Positions 50,371 to 63,253 of a stretch of DNA of 64,000 nt are shown here, piece after piece. The notes beneath the pieces are model-generated. The model ran no database searches. It saw nothing but the letters and a program-made list of their open reading frames with translations, and was not told where the DNA came from. Source of the stretch: Squalus acanthias (Eukaryota); assembly GCA_030390025.1 (NCBI GenBank), contig CM059433.1, forward strand, positions 10,418,001 to 10,482,000, given 5' to 3'. The position numbers were made by a program, and so were the translations under genes. Position 1 is the first letter of the stretch, and every line of letters begins with the position of its first letter.

Positions 50371-50984
50371 TTGGTCTTTGTTCCCCCCACAAACTCTGTT
50401 CCCTAGCCACCGATTCCATCCCTCTTCCTGGCCACCGACTGAGGCTGAACCAGACCATTCGCAACCTTGGTGTCCTATTTGACACTAATATGAACTTCTG
50501 ACCACATATCCTCTCCATTACCAAGACGGGCTACTTCCACCTCCATAACATCGCCCAACTCTGCCCCTGCCTCAGTTCATCTGTTGAACCTCTCTTCCAT
50601 GCCTTTGTTACCTCTAGAATTGACTATTCCAAAGTTCTCCTGGCCAGCCTCCCATCTTCCACCCTCCATAAACTTGAGCTCATCCAAAACTCTGCTGCCC
50701 GTGTCCTAACTTGCATCAAGTCCCGTTCACCCATCACCCCTGTGCTCGCTGACCTACATTGGCTCCTGGTCCAGCAACACATCGATTTTAAAACTCTCAT
50801 CCTTGTTTACAAATCCCTCCATGGCCTCTCCCCTCACTATCTCTGTAACCTCCTCCAGCCGTACAACCTGGCTCTTTGACAAAGCTTTTGGTCACCTGTC
50901 CCAATATCTCCTCATGTGGTGCCGTGTCAATTTTTTTTGGGTAATGCTTCTGTGAACGTTTACTACATTGAAGACGCTATATGA
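50371..50984 (+). mobile_element. L2 LINE, right part to 3' end
   Basis: RNLGVLFD, SRIDYS, IQNSAARVL, PVLADLHWL motifs and L2 tail. Confidence 0.88.
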
Positions 50985-51793
50985 ATGCAAGTTATCCACT
51001 TTGGTAGGAAGAATAAAAAAGCAAAATATTATTTAAATGGAGAGAGAGTACAGAATGCTGTGGTACAGAAGGATCTGGGTGTCCTCGTACATGAAACACA
51101 AAAGGTTAGCATGCAGGTACAGCAAGTAATTAGGAAGGCAAATCGAATATTGGACTTTATTGCAAGGGGGATGGAGTATAAAAGTAGGGAAGTCTTGCTA
51201 CAACTGTACAGGGCGTTGGTGAGACCGCACCCGGAGTACTGCGTACAGTTGTGGTCTCCTTATTTAAGGAAGGATATACTTGCATTGGAGGCAGTTCAGA
51301 GAAGGTTCACTAGGTTGATTCCTGAGTTGAAGGGGTTGTCTTATGAAGAAAGGTTGAGCAGGTTGGGCCTATACTCATTGGAGTTTAGAAGAATGAGAGG
51401 GGATCTTATTGAAACATATAAGATTCGGAGGGGGCTCGACAGGGTGGATGCTGAGAGGATGTTTCCCCTCGTGGGGGAATCTAGAACTAGGGGGCACAGT
51501 TTCAGAATAAGGGGCCGCCCATTTAAAATGGAGATGAGGAGGAATTTCTTCTCTCAGAGGGTCGTGAATCTTTGGAATTCTCTACCCCAGAGAGCTGTGG
51601 AGGCTGGGTCATTGAATATATTCAAGGTGGAGATAGACAGATTTTTGAAAAACAGGGCAATCAAGGGGTATGGGGAGCGGGCAGGAAAGTGGAGTTGAGG
51701 CCAAGATCAGATCAGCCATGATCTTATTGAATGGCGGAGCAGGCTCGAGGGGCCGAATGACCGACTCCTGCTCCTATTTCTTATGTTCTTATG
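50985..51793 (+). mobile_element. CR1 LINE 3' fragment
   Basis: ORF 50985-51698 with CR1 RT C-terminal motifs; TTCTTATG tail. Confidence 0.95.
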
Positions 51794-52866
51794 TTGTTGT
51801 TGTTAACTGCATAAGGCCGGAACTTGCCGGACCTAGATATGCCATTTCCCAGACTAACTTCCGGCCCCTTCCAGCATGGATTTTCAGCCCCAAGGTCTCA
51901 GAGTGCGACTGCCACTGTTTGTTTTCACAGGCTAACACTCAAGGGCACTGCTCTGAATTTTGTTTTTCAGATACAAGCATTGTTCCAAGTGATATTTTAC
52001 ATAGAAAGAATGGCTTGCTGACACCAAATCAGAGTTTTTTTTTTTAAATTGCTGTGCTGCCCTTCTGTAGTCATATGGGGAATGCATTCTTCAATTCCTC
52101 TTTCAGCAAGCTGCATAGTGTTACAAGGGAGTAGGACTTGATAATGGCATTGTGCATCATTAGGGAATTTGATTAGTTTACCAATGCCATCTCAATCCTG
52201 AGACGTGCTATTGTTTAAGAACACACTCCGCAGCCTGTTATTCTGTATAATGGATGCAAACTTACCTTTGTTTACGATTCAACACTTTCCTTTTTCTTCT
52301 CCATCTCGTGATTGAGTAACATGACTTGAACAGACGTGTTAGCGCAGCATGTGATTCGAACAGTGGCGATATCGGGATTTCACTGCATGTTACAGAGGAA
52401 TATCAGAGCTTCTACAGTACTTGCTTATAATATCACACAATGCACCTTTGTTGCTGGTGCAGCAATTGCACTTTGAAAGAACCACGCTCACAAGAAGTTC
52501 TTTATGGCAGTTAAGTGCAATTTGCCAGCCCAGTTCCCAGAATGACCTCTGGCTTTGCCACTTAATGTTCCTGCTGAACACAGCTTTGTGGGTCACAGCG
52601 ACTCCAGACACAGGGACAGACCTTCGGTAAAATCCAAAAATACACAAACACAAATTGCTGAGAGTGCATGAAAGACAAAGATTGAACGAGCAAAGATATT
52701 ACTGTGTCATTAAAACTGGGCCTTTAAAATATCTCTCATGCTGCAATTGACTTTTTAATTGGTGCCAATCGAACGCTTTAAATTTAAGGATTCAAACTTG
52801 CTTTAAAATCTATTCCATTTCCTGCTTTTTTCCAGTTCTGACAAAAGGTCTTCGACCTGAAACATT

Positions 52867-53598
52867 TGATCTCGCTCTGTTCCCGCGGGGGTAAGGCTTC
52901 CCCGCGATCTCTCACTCCGCTTGTGCTTTTTCAGATCCAGCTCGCACGAACTTGATGTTCCAGACATCAGCTGGGCAGTGCTTGCGTATCCTACCGGCGT
53001 AGTGAATTCGTGCGAGCTGTGGGATCACGTGACTCAGTTAGAGCCAATGGCAGCACACCATCTTCCATTCATAAGTTTCACATACGTGCTGTGAAATCTA
53101 TGAATCTTACACCCCCCCAAAATAACAGCTAAACCTCAATTAAATTTAAAAAAAAACCATCACATTAATAAAATAAGTATAGTTAAATAAATTAACCATT
53201 TTAAATAAAAAATTAAATTTTTGAAAAAATTTAAAATCTTTTAAAAAGTTATAAAAATAAACTTACCTGTCTTTAAAGTCTCTAAAAAAGATATACCTGT
53301 TAAAAAAAATTCAAAAAAATACTTAATTCACTACTTACCTTGTTAAAAGTGGGTCTTACTCCTCCTTTTTCCATTTCTAAAATCTTCCGTACTTACCTGC
53401 GCGTCCAAAGCATGAAGTGCACAGTGTGCGCGCAGCCTGTAGCGCGCACGCGATGCACCGAGGAACCGCCCCCTTTTCAAAAGACCAATTGCCGGTTTTC
53501 AGCGCATGTGCAGGGCATGCAGAAAACCGGCAATTGCAGAGGGAATACGCGAGAGTACGCAGTGCGTACTCCCGCGCACCGGGATGAATTTTTGGCCC
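52867..53598. mobile_element. Harbinger-type MITE (family of 42218-42976), left TIR not visible, inserted in a Penelope-derived fragment (52815-53700)
   Basis: Right end GAATTTTTGGCCC; ATT on both flanks; host GACCTGAAAC|ATTAACTCTGTTTCTCTC rejoins; same internal layout as the 42218 copy. Confidence 0.72.
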
Positions 53599-54071
53599 AT
53601 TAACTCTGTTTCTCTCTCCACGGATGCTGCCTGGCCTGCTGAGTTTTTCCAGCGTTTTCTGTTGTTATTTTGGATTTCCAGCATCCGCAGTATTTTGCTA
53701 GTGCTTTAAATTAAACCTATTTGAAGTGTAAAATCCAGCTTTACCCATTCGCTGCGGAGGGTCTCATCACATTCCAGTGACTGTGTCAGAAGATACTCTA
53801 CTCTACTGTCAGGTATGGTTGCGCACTGTAAGATAGACCTCTTCAGTCATTGCAGGCCCCAAGAAACAGACAGATCAACCCTCCCATACTTCAGCAAGGC
53901 AATAATTCAATTGCTGCTCAAAGACATGAGGGTGAGCTTCTTCCACTCCGCTGCCGGAGAAGGTGTGAGGAAATTCACCCCCATGATGGTTACACAGGAA
54001 GTAGCAACATACCCGTGTAACCTCCAATGAATTGCAGGTACTGGATAATGTGCAACACAAGAGGTTTGGGA

Positions 54072-54408
54072 TTTTTTTTTTATTCATTCACAGGATGTGG
54101 GTATCGCGGGCAAGGCCAGCATTTATTGCCCATCCCTAGTTGCCCTTGAGAAGGTGGTGGTGAGCCACCGCCTTCTTGAACCGCTGCAGTCCGTGTGGTG
54201 AAGGTGCTCCCACAGTGCTGTTAGGGAGGGAGTTGCAGGATTTTGACCCAGCGACGATGAAGGAACGGCCGATATACTTCTAAGTCAGGATGGTGTGTGA
54301 CTTGGAGGGGAACTTGGAGGTGATGGTGTTCCCATGCCCTTGCTGCCCTTCTCCCTCTAGGTGGTAGAGGTCGCGGGTTTGGGAGGTGCTGCCGAAGAAG
54401 CCTTGGCG
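54072..54408 (-). mobile_element. LINE 3' fragment, family of 24365-24808
   Basis: High similarity to 24365-24700. Confidence 0.8.
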
Positions 54409-56162
54409 ATTGTGACAAAAGTAATTTTTATTTAGTTTTGATTTGGTAGCTGTTCAGTTAAAAAAATAACTACAATTTAGATTCTGTGCCAAGCTTATTC
54501 TGATGTTGCACTTTTTTTTCCCTTTACAGTTTGGCGAGAGAAAGATAATTTAAATTTAAACTGTGTTGTGCGATTTCTTCAGTTTGTATGAGTGACGGAG
54601 GTGGGGCGTTCAATATCCAGGGAATTCTGGTAATTCTTTTCTGGGATAGGAAAAAAAGAGCTGTTCTGTTCAAACCAAAGAGTTCGCTCGAAGGATCAAT
54701 TTGAAAAGGGTCGATCAGTTTGAAACCCCCTGAAAGAAGTTTGAACCTCCAAGAAGCAGTGTCGATTAACTAGCCTTCCACATGGCAAGAACCCAACAAA
54801 AAGAATCATTGTAAGTTATTTACAGAGTTAGTTTAGAGTAGCGGGACATGAATTTCCACAGGACCTCGCCCCACCCAACCCCCCAACCATCCAACCACCA
54901 CCCGATCTTCCATCGTAGTTTTGGCAGGAGATTGGTGGAAGCCCGGGTGAATTGGCGTAAGTGGCCGTAAGCAACCGCTTATGATGATTTCTGCGGGGTT
55001 CTGCTGATCTCCCGTCGAAGTTAGGGCCAGAGATTGAAGACCGCGATTACTTGAGGACTTGGGTGTTAAGATATTCTACTATGATCGTATATGATGACTA
55101 TGGGAGATAGGCTTGAATTTACTCTATTTTTGGTGTAATAGCTCTGTATTCAGAGTGGACGGGGATGGAAATTGGGGTGGAGCATGATTTTGCCGAGTCC
55201 TTGTCCCTTGTCCCACCCATCGAAATATTCCATCCCATTTGGCAGCGGGCGCATGGTCTGCAGCAGTTGCGTCATGTGAGGATCTGCTGTATGGAAACTG
55301 GCCGACGGAACCACAGGACAAATATTATTGTTACATATGTTTGGACCAGTCCACTAACCCTGCACCTGGGCCCTGCTGTGAGATTCCTCCCCCCTGCACC
55401 TACCCCCTCCCCCCCAACTTGAGGGGCGTGACCCAGTTGTACCATCAGTGGCACGAACGACCGGTTAATACTTGCAAATGCTCCGGACCCCAGAGAGTGG
55501 GACAGGACCTGGGGCATAAGCCAACAGTGAAAGAAAGTAGCAGATCTGGCTATGAGGAAATTTGGGGCTTATGACTTTTACTGACGTGCTTGTTCGTCTT
55601 ATGTAAAATAAATTTACTTGATATTTTAAAACATAAAATGAGGTCTGATGCAATGCTCTACCACTTTCAAAGTCTGGAATGAGATCTTATGGAGGCAAAA
55701 GGCAAGTCTAGTGACTTTAAGTAATTCCCAGCAGGGTTTGCTGTTTGTTTTCCCAGCTTACCGAATCTCAGGACCAAGGATAGACACTCTCGAATGTACG
55801 AACGGTCGGGACTCACCCATGAGAGTAATCTAAGATACAAGAGCTGACAGAATCTATTTTAAGAAGCTTAGAAGAGACCCAAAAATGTAGCAAGGGAGTT
55901 TGACTTGACTTGAATTCCTACCTCTTCTCTTCCATGTTCTAAATTTCTATCTCAAGTTAAACATGGAAAGAAATGGAAAGCCCCAACTCTGATGAGCCAG
56001 GAGTTTAGTATCTCGTTGGGCATTGTACCATTGGCTGTGGCACAGGCCGGGAAGGTCTCAGGTTCAATTCCTGGTCCGTTCTGTTGGTTGATCTTAACTG
56101 GATCCGTAATGTCCCCTGGGCTGGAGAGGAGAAAAATGAACACGGGTTTCTGCTCTGAACCA

Positions 56163-56669
56163 CAACAACAGCAACAACTTGTATTTATATAGCGCCTTTA
56201 ACGTAGTAAAATGTCCCAAGGCACTGCACAGGAGTATTTTAAGACAAAAAGTTTGACACCAAGCCACATAAGGATAAATTAGGGCAGGTGACCAAAAGCT
56301 TGGTCAAAGAGGTAGGTTTTAAGCAGCGTCTTAAAGGAGGAAAGAGAGGTAGCGAGGTGAAGAGGTTTAGGCAGGGATTCCAGAGCTTAGGGCCTAGGCA
56401 ACAGAAGGCACGGCCACCAAAGGTTGAGTGATTATAATCAGGGATGCTCAAGAGGGCAGAATTAGAGGAGCGCAGATATCTCGGGGGGTTGTGGGGCTGA
56501 AGGAGATTACAGAGATAGGGAGGGGCGAGGCCATGGAGGGATTTGAAAACAAGGATGAGAATTTTGAAATCGAGGCACTGGTTAACCGGGAGCTAATGTA
56601 GGTCAGCGAGCACAGGGGTGATGGGCGAACGGGACTCGGTGCGAGTTAGGACACGGGCAACCGAGTTTT
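56163..56669 (-). mobile_element. L2 LINE 3' fragment
   Basis: Inverted near-copy of 62741-63253; GGRAFCCLGPKLWN; (TTG)n tail. Confidence 0.92.
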
Positions 56670-56848
56670 AGAACCACTGTCCAGTGATTGCTGCTGGAAA
56701 GTGTGTGTGTGCACATTTGTCTGGAGGTCTTGTGACAACGTGATCAAGCTTAGTGTGATGCCTTTGACAGTCGAATAGCTTACAGACCCCGGCTCTCTAG
56801 GGAGAATGGCCACTTGGACAGTTGGCTGTAGAACTGCAGCCCAACAAG

Positions 56849-57342
56849 GAAGGATGTGATTGCATTGGAGAGGGTGCAGAGGAGATTCACCAGGATGTTA
56901 CCTGGGCTGGAGCGCTTCAGCTATGAAGAGAGACTGGACAGGCTGGGGTTGTTTTCCTTGGAGCAGAGAAGGCTGAGGGGGGACCTGATTGAGGTGTACA
57001 AAATTATGAGGGGCATAGATAGGGTAGATAGAAAGGAACTTTTCCCCTTAGTAGAGGGGTCAATAACCAGGGGGCATAGTTTCAAGGTAAGGGGCAGGAG
57101 GTTTAGAGGGGATTTGAGGAAAAACTTTTTCACCCAGAGGGTGGTTGGAATCTGGAACTCACTGCCTGAAAGGGTGGTACAGGCAGGAACCCTCACAACA
57201 TTCAAGAAGCATTTAGATGAGCAATTGAAACGCCATAGCATACAAGGCTACGGACGAAGTGCTGGAAAATGGGATTAGAATAGACAGGGCTTGATGGCCG
57301 GCGCGGACACGATGGGCCGAAGGGCCTCTTTCTGAGCTGTAT
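56849..57342 (+). mobile_element. CR1 LINE 3' fragment
   Basis: ORF 56856-57278 LERVQRRFTRMLPG...WNSLP. Confidence 0.92.
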
Positions 57343-58673
57343 AAGGGTCAATGCCTGGAAGAGAAAAGTGGAAGAGAAAGTGTTGCCAGCCTTTTAAACC
57401 TATGGCTAGTATATCAGGTTTAGTCAAGTTACCAGGGTCTGCCAATACAAAATAAAATCATCTTTATAATCATCTCCTGTTTGCAGAAACTGTCTACTGA
57501 CTAGCTCAAAAAGTACCGCCATCTTAAAGTATTTAACCTGACTGTGCTCAAATGCTCCAATTGTAATGAATTAACAATTTAGCAAATCCTGCAGGTTTAC
57601 ATATCAGTTGCTGCCACATGTGAAACCCTCCCCTCCCCCCTCCCCCACTTCAGGAACTGGTGGTATAAACACCCCACTGACAACAATTCAAAAGCGACTT
57701 TAAATTCCGGATAAAACTGCGGCTGCTGGGAATCCGAGTGAAAACCGAAAATTGCTGGAAACGCTTGGCAGGCCAGGCAGCGTCTGGAAAGCAAAGGAAA
57801 TGGCTCAGGCATAACCCTTCATCAGAAGTGCCTGTGAGAGCAGGGCCCAGCACATACGCCATCAGACACGAGAAGGGAGAGAGACAGCAATGAAGGTGAA
57901 CAGGGTAAAAAGAGACAAACAACAGTGGCGTCACAGGGAACAGCAGAGCTTCTTCAAGGTGGGCATTTCTGGAAGGGGAGCGGCGGAGAATTAAACAAGA
58001 AATCAAAATCCTGCAGATGCTGGAAATCTGAAAAGTCTGGAAATCAGATCTGATGAAGGGTTGTGCCTGAAACATCAACATCTTCCCCTTTCTTTACGGA
58101 TGCTGCCTGACTTGCTAAGCATTTCCAGCATTTTCTGTTTTCATTTTAAATTCCTGATGCGGAGAATGATCTTGGCTTTTTAACCCCCTCAAAGACAATG
58201 ATATCCTTCTTATGGTTAGGTGACCAAAACTGCACCTTATTGCTTCTGCACTCTATTTGACAGATTTCGGGTTGGTCAGAAAAAGTATGACCTTGAAAAT
58301 CTGCTGGGAGTGTGGCGGGGGGGGGTGGGGCGGGTGGGGCGGGAGGGGTGCGCAGAAAATTGGCCAAGACCCAGATGTGCCAGGCCTTGTCCCAGACCTT
58401 CCCTGCCCCAAACATGGCCCATGACATCTGAGGGGATGGGGCTAGGGGTTGGGAGGAAATTCCTACACTGGGAATTTTCTTGGCCTTGGCCTCACTAATG
58501 CTGAGCAACCCGGATGCTGAGATGAACCCGTTGCGCAGGTCAACTTAATAGTAGCTATGGGGCACACCTAGGTGACCTCTCTTGACCCTGGATACCCTGC
58601 TGAGATCAGGAGCAGGCGTCACCAGCGCCCACTCTGCTGCACTTCGGGCCCATGGATTTATGAGACCTATGTA

Positions 58674-59135
58674 GGTGTCAGCTGTGGCTCAGTGGGCAGC
58701 ACGCTTCCCTCGCGAGTCAGAAGGTCGTGGCTTCAAGTCCCACTCCAGGGACTTGAGCACATAAAGCTAGGCTGACACTCTCCCAGTGCAGTGCTGAGGG
58801 AGTGCTGCACTGTCGGAGGTGCCGTCTTTCTGATGAGACGTTAAACCGAGGCCCCGTCTGCCCTCTAAGGTGGACGTAAAAGATCCCACGGCACTATTTC
58901 GAAGAAGAGCAGAGGAGTTCTCCCCGGTGTCCTGGCCAATATTTATCCCTCACCCAATGTTATTAAAACAGATTTTTTCACCATTATCTCATTGCTGTTT
59001 CTGGGACCTTGTGCAAATTGGCTGCCCTGTTTCCTACATTACAACAGTGACTACACTTCAAAAATACTTAATTGGCTGTAAAGTGGTGTGGGATGTCGTG
59101 AGGTTATGAAAGGTGCTATATAAATGCCAGTTCTC
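58674..59135 (+). mobile_element. DeuSINE/SacSINE1-like SINE, full length
   Basis: tRNA-like head, core and tail. Confidence 0.88.
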
Positions 59136-59633
59136 TAAGTTTTCTATGTTCAGACTATGCAAGAGTAGGAATAGACTGGATTGTAGGCAGTTCTTCTTAC
59201 CCCAGAGAGTAGTGAGCCACATTGCCAGCTGGTGTGGGGGGGGGCGGGTGCTGACTCTCTGTATGCCTTCAAGAGGGAGCTGGACCGATTCTTGACACGG
59301 GCAGAGTTCGCATCATGTGGAAAGTAAGTGTCTTTATTGATAACACTTGGCCCACGTGAGTTTCTGGACCAGTTTCGATCACCTGTGGGGGTCAGAGAAG
59401 AATTTTCCAGACTATTTTACATCTTATTAGCCCTTGGATTTTTTCTCTTAGGAAGTGTTTAGTTTTTGCTGGTCTGGCCACCATGGTGTGGGGCGGGGCA
59501 GGCTTGCTGGAGCAGCTGGTCTTTTCCTGCCTGTCAATTTCGTATGTTCATATCTACCTCTGATGTGTTGCAACCAGCTCACACTGCAGGCAAATACAGA
59601 ATCCATGCAGAATGCAGAACTTATGGACCTCAA

Positions 59634-60204
59634 GCGCTGGTTAGGCCACAGCTGAAGTATTGCGTCCAGTTCTGGTCACCACACTTTAGAAAGGATGTGA
59701 AGGCCCTTGAGAGGGTGCAGAGGAGATTTGCCAGAATGGTTCCGGGGATGGGGGATCTTAGCTACAAGGACAGGTTGGAGAAGCTGGATTTGTTTTCATT
59801 AGAGCAAAGGAGGTTGAGGGGTGATTTGATAGAGGTGTACAAGATTATGATGGGTTTGGATAGGCTAGACGGGGAAAGGCTGTTCCCACTAGTTGATGGT
59901 ACAAGGACTAGGGGACACAGATTTAAGGTTTTGGGCAAGAGATACAGGGGGGATGTGAGGAAAAACTTTTTTATGCAGCGAGTGGTGAGGACCTGGAACT
60001 CGCTGCCGATGGAAGTGGTGGAAGCGGAGACATTCAATGTTTTCAAGGGGAGACTGGATAGGCACTTGAGGGAAATAAACTTGCAGGGCTACGGGGATAG
60101 AGCGGGGGAATGGGACTGACTGGATTGCTCTGCAGAGAGCCGGCGCGGACTCGATGGGCCGAATGGCCTCCTTCTGTGCCGTTATGACTCTATGACTCTA
60201 TGAC
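59634..60204 (+). mobile_element. CR1 LINE 3' fragment
   Basis: RPQLKYCVQFWSPH...WNSLP; (ACTCTATG)n tail; same family as 13695-14657. Confidence 0.93.
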
Positions 60205-60440
60205 CTCAAGTCGCTTGGTTTGTGCACAAACGTGACAAGAATGCAATGTGCATTCATTCACACTTTGCTATTTAAATCATAGTAGATATGTAACGTGAAA
60301 ATTAGACCCTTTTTGAACCTCAACAAAAAATGAACTCAGGTCAAGTGGATCTAGGCACGATTTATTAAGATCTATCCAGCCACCTCTTTTGGTAGTTGTT
60401 TGTGCATAGACCGATATAAAATCAATTAGCTTCATATGTA

Positions 60441-60586
60441 AAATAAAGAAAGACTTGCATTTCTATAGCGCCTTTCACGACCACCAGACATCCAAAATGC
60501 TTTACAGCCAATGAAGTACTGAAAAGAGCTTTGAGACGTCCTGTGGTCATGAAAGGCGCTATAGAAATACAAGTCTTTCTTTATTT
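60441..60586. repeat. Inverted repeat made of two opposed SINE tails
   Basis: AAATAAAGAAAGACTTGCATTTCTATAGCGCCTTTCA ... TGAAAGGCGCTATAGAAATACAAGTCTTTCTTTATTT. Confidence 0.85.
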
Positions 60587-61139
60587 CTAATATCGCCTTG
60601 AGTAATCACTAAACTTGTGCTTTTATATATAATTCAGAAGAAAGGTTTGCCTGGTGCAGTGCGTCAGCCCACTGGTCTTTCACCTTTAGTGCACTGGTGG
60701 AAATCCAGCTCGGTATGATGGGATGCAAAGTTCGTCCGTCTGTTGGTGAAATGATTTCGGGCAGTCTCTACCCAGGACTTAGTGGGCAAAACAGGTGTTA
60801 AAGTGATAATCCCACTTCGAGATGCAAGGGAATGACTGGAAACGGAAATGGAAAACGCCACACTGGTACGGCCGGAACAGCTTTTTTGGAGGTTAAGACG
60901 CAAGCAGGTTGTTGGGGGGGGAGAATCAGAGGAGCTTGACTTTACAGGTAACCGTGCTGTGTTGTGCCTGTCCTGGGAGTCTTTGATCCTGGCTGCCTGA
61001 GATAGGAAAGGGTTTATTTTCCAGCATTTACTAAAGGAAAAAAAAAGTACGAAGCAAAATAACACACTCTGTGTTGCTTTCCAAGTTGGTAACAAATCTG
61101 AAGGTTACGTTGACACTACTAGCTCCCCAGGTGGCTCTG

Positions 61140-61480
61140 CTGGCTTAGCCAAGCCATTAATAACATGAAGGTCCCAAGTTTGATTCCTGGGCTCCGATAA
61201 CTTATGTTTCTCTGCCAGGATAGTAGCAGAGGTACTACAGCTGGTCTCAGTGACCCCGGCTTAGGGACAGGAAGTCAGCCCGCAGCATTTATGTGTAGAT
61301 ATTAGGATTAGGCTTAGCTATGATTCCCTGATTCCTCGGTAGAATAACCTGCTGATGCTCACTCACAATCTAGACCCACACATGAAGAATGGCCAATCGG
61401 GAGGGTGTAGACCGTCGCTCAGAGAATTGTGCCCCAGCAAGAAATCAGGAAATGAGGAGGAGAGAAAAGAAGATGGCAGA
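61140..61480 (+). mobile_element. Old diverged SINE-like interspersed repeat (other probable copies near 13150-13490, 25240-25520, 43230-43530, 56010-56850)
   Basis: Shared degenerate motifs AAGGTCCCA.GTT..ATTCCTGG, CCAGTGAT..GCTGGAAAGTG and GAAGAATGGCCA among copies; family not identified. Confidence 0.5.
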
Positions 61481-62740
61481 ACAATCAAGAAGAAGGCGAA
61501 ACAACGTGATATTATTAAACAAATCGATTTTTGCTTTCAAAGTTTCCAATGTCATCTGAACCCCTTGGTGTGTTACTGACATGTAGTATGTTACAGACCC
61601 TTTAGGTGCAACAGTACACGCCTAAATTGTTTTACACAGTTAAAGTTATTCACCGCTTTCTCGTGTTAATCAAGTGGCAATGGAGAAGTAATCAATAATG
61701 GGGGGTGGGGGGCAGCAGTTTTACCACAACAAAGCCTTAAACTCAGGCAATAAGCATAAAGGATCCTGCGATTACTTCTACAGATCAAAGCATCTAACCA
61801 AGTGACAAAATAAGCTAAAATTTCTCTCAGGATGTTTGTCGTTGGAGCTCATCCGCTCTGGATCTGGCTCTTGGTGGTGCCTTCCTCTGCAGCAGTTTGA
61901 GTGTTTCCAGCTGCTCGCGTTGAACGGCCTCAACTTCCTGGCTGAACACTTGCCAGTTGTTCTTAATTTTACTCTATGTTTTGCTGCTGGAAGGATGTGG
62001 GCGATGATTTACTCAGCATGTCCAATTGACTGTACTCGTCTGAGTAGGGCCTGCTTCCCATGCATTTGAGGTCACCAGTGTATATGTAGGTAGCGGGCCA
62101 ATCAAAACACTGAACGGCAGGGGAAAAAAAGGCATAAAAAGGCTAACTAAGCGAAATGACTGCAGGAATGCAGTCTTCAGATCAACACATTTTTTGCGCG
62201 GTTTCGTTGAACTTAGAATATGTTGGGCTTGATGTATTTTTATGTTCTGATATTAATATACACTTTATTTAATTCTCTAATTCTGCATTTATTTATTGGG
62301 TTTTGTTGGTCAAATTTGGGTTCCCCTTACTGCTTCTTTTCTGAGAGAATTGACTCATGCTGTGGAACGCCCATGAAAGTGGTAACCTTCCCATATCTCG
62401 TCCTATGCTTTCACTTCTTTAACCCTCTGACCTTCCACCTCCCTTCTCAATTGGGAGCTTTCCCCTTCTTTCTTCTTGGTGTGTTGTTATGATTATTTAT
62501 CCCAAGGCTTACTGGAATTCCTGGCTGCCTCATGATTTCAGCATCGGGCAACCTGTTTCACCTCAGTACTGCCTATACATAGATACAAGGTCAATAGGGG
62601 ATGGATGGCGTGCCTTGCTATCTCTGTGACTGATGCTAGCTCTGGCATCACGAGCTCTGCTGAAATGGGTTCTGTGTTGGGCCTTTTTGAAGACCCCCAA
62701 AATATTACAGAATAAAGGTGATTGATCTCAAAGGGGATGG

Positions 62741-63253
62741 TCATCCAAAACTCGGCCGCCCGTCTCCTAACTCGCACCAAGTCCCGTTCGCCCATCTCCC
62801 CTGTGCTCGCTGACCTACATTGGCTCTCGGTTAAGCAGCGCCTCGATTTCAAAATTCTCATCCTTGTTTTCAAATCCCTCCATGGCCTCGCCCCTCCCTA
62901 TCTCTGTAATCTCCTTCAGCCCCACAACCCCCCGAGATATCTGCGCTCCTCTAATTCTGCCCTCTTGAGCATCCCTCATTATAATCGCTCCACCATTGGT
63001 GGCCGTGCCTTCTGTTGCCTAGGCCCTAAGCTCTGGAATTCCCTGCCTAAATCTCTCCGCCTCGCTACCTCTCTTTCCTCCTTTAAGCCGCTCCTTAAAA
63101 CCTACCTCTTTGACCAAGCTTTTGGTCACCTGCCCTAATTTATCCTCATGTGGCTCGGTGTCAAATCTTTTGTCTTAAAATACTCCTGTGCAGCGCCTTG
63201 GGACGTTTTACTACGTTAAAGGCGCTATATAAATACAAGTTGTTGTTGTTGTT
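62741..63253 (+). mobile_element. L2 LINE 3' fragment
   Basis: ORF 62722-63138 IQNSAARLL...PVLADLHWL...GGRAF...LWNSLP...FKPLLKTYLF; (TTG)n tail. Confidence 0.93.

Noticed and set aside
61826..61960. Minus-strand coiled-coil-like peptide WQVFSQEVEAVQREQLETLKLLQRK
   Set aside because: Short, bounded by stops, weak splice signals and no recognised family; cannot be supported.
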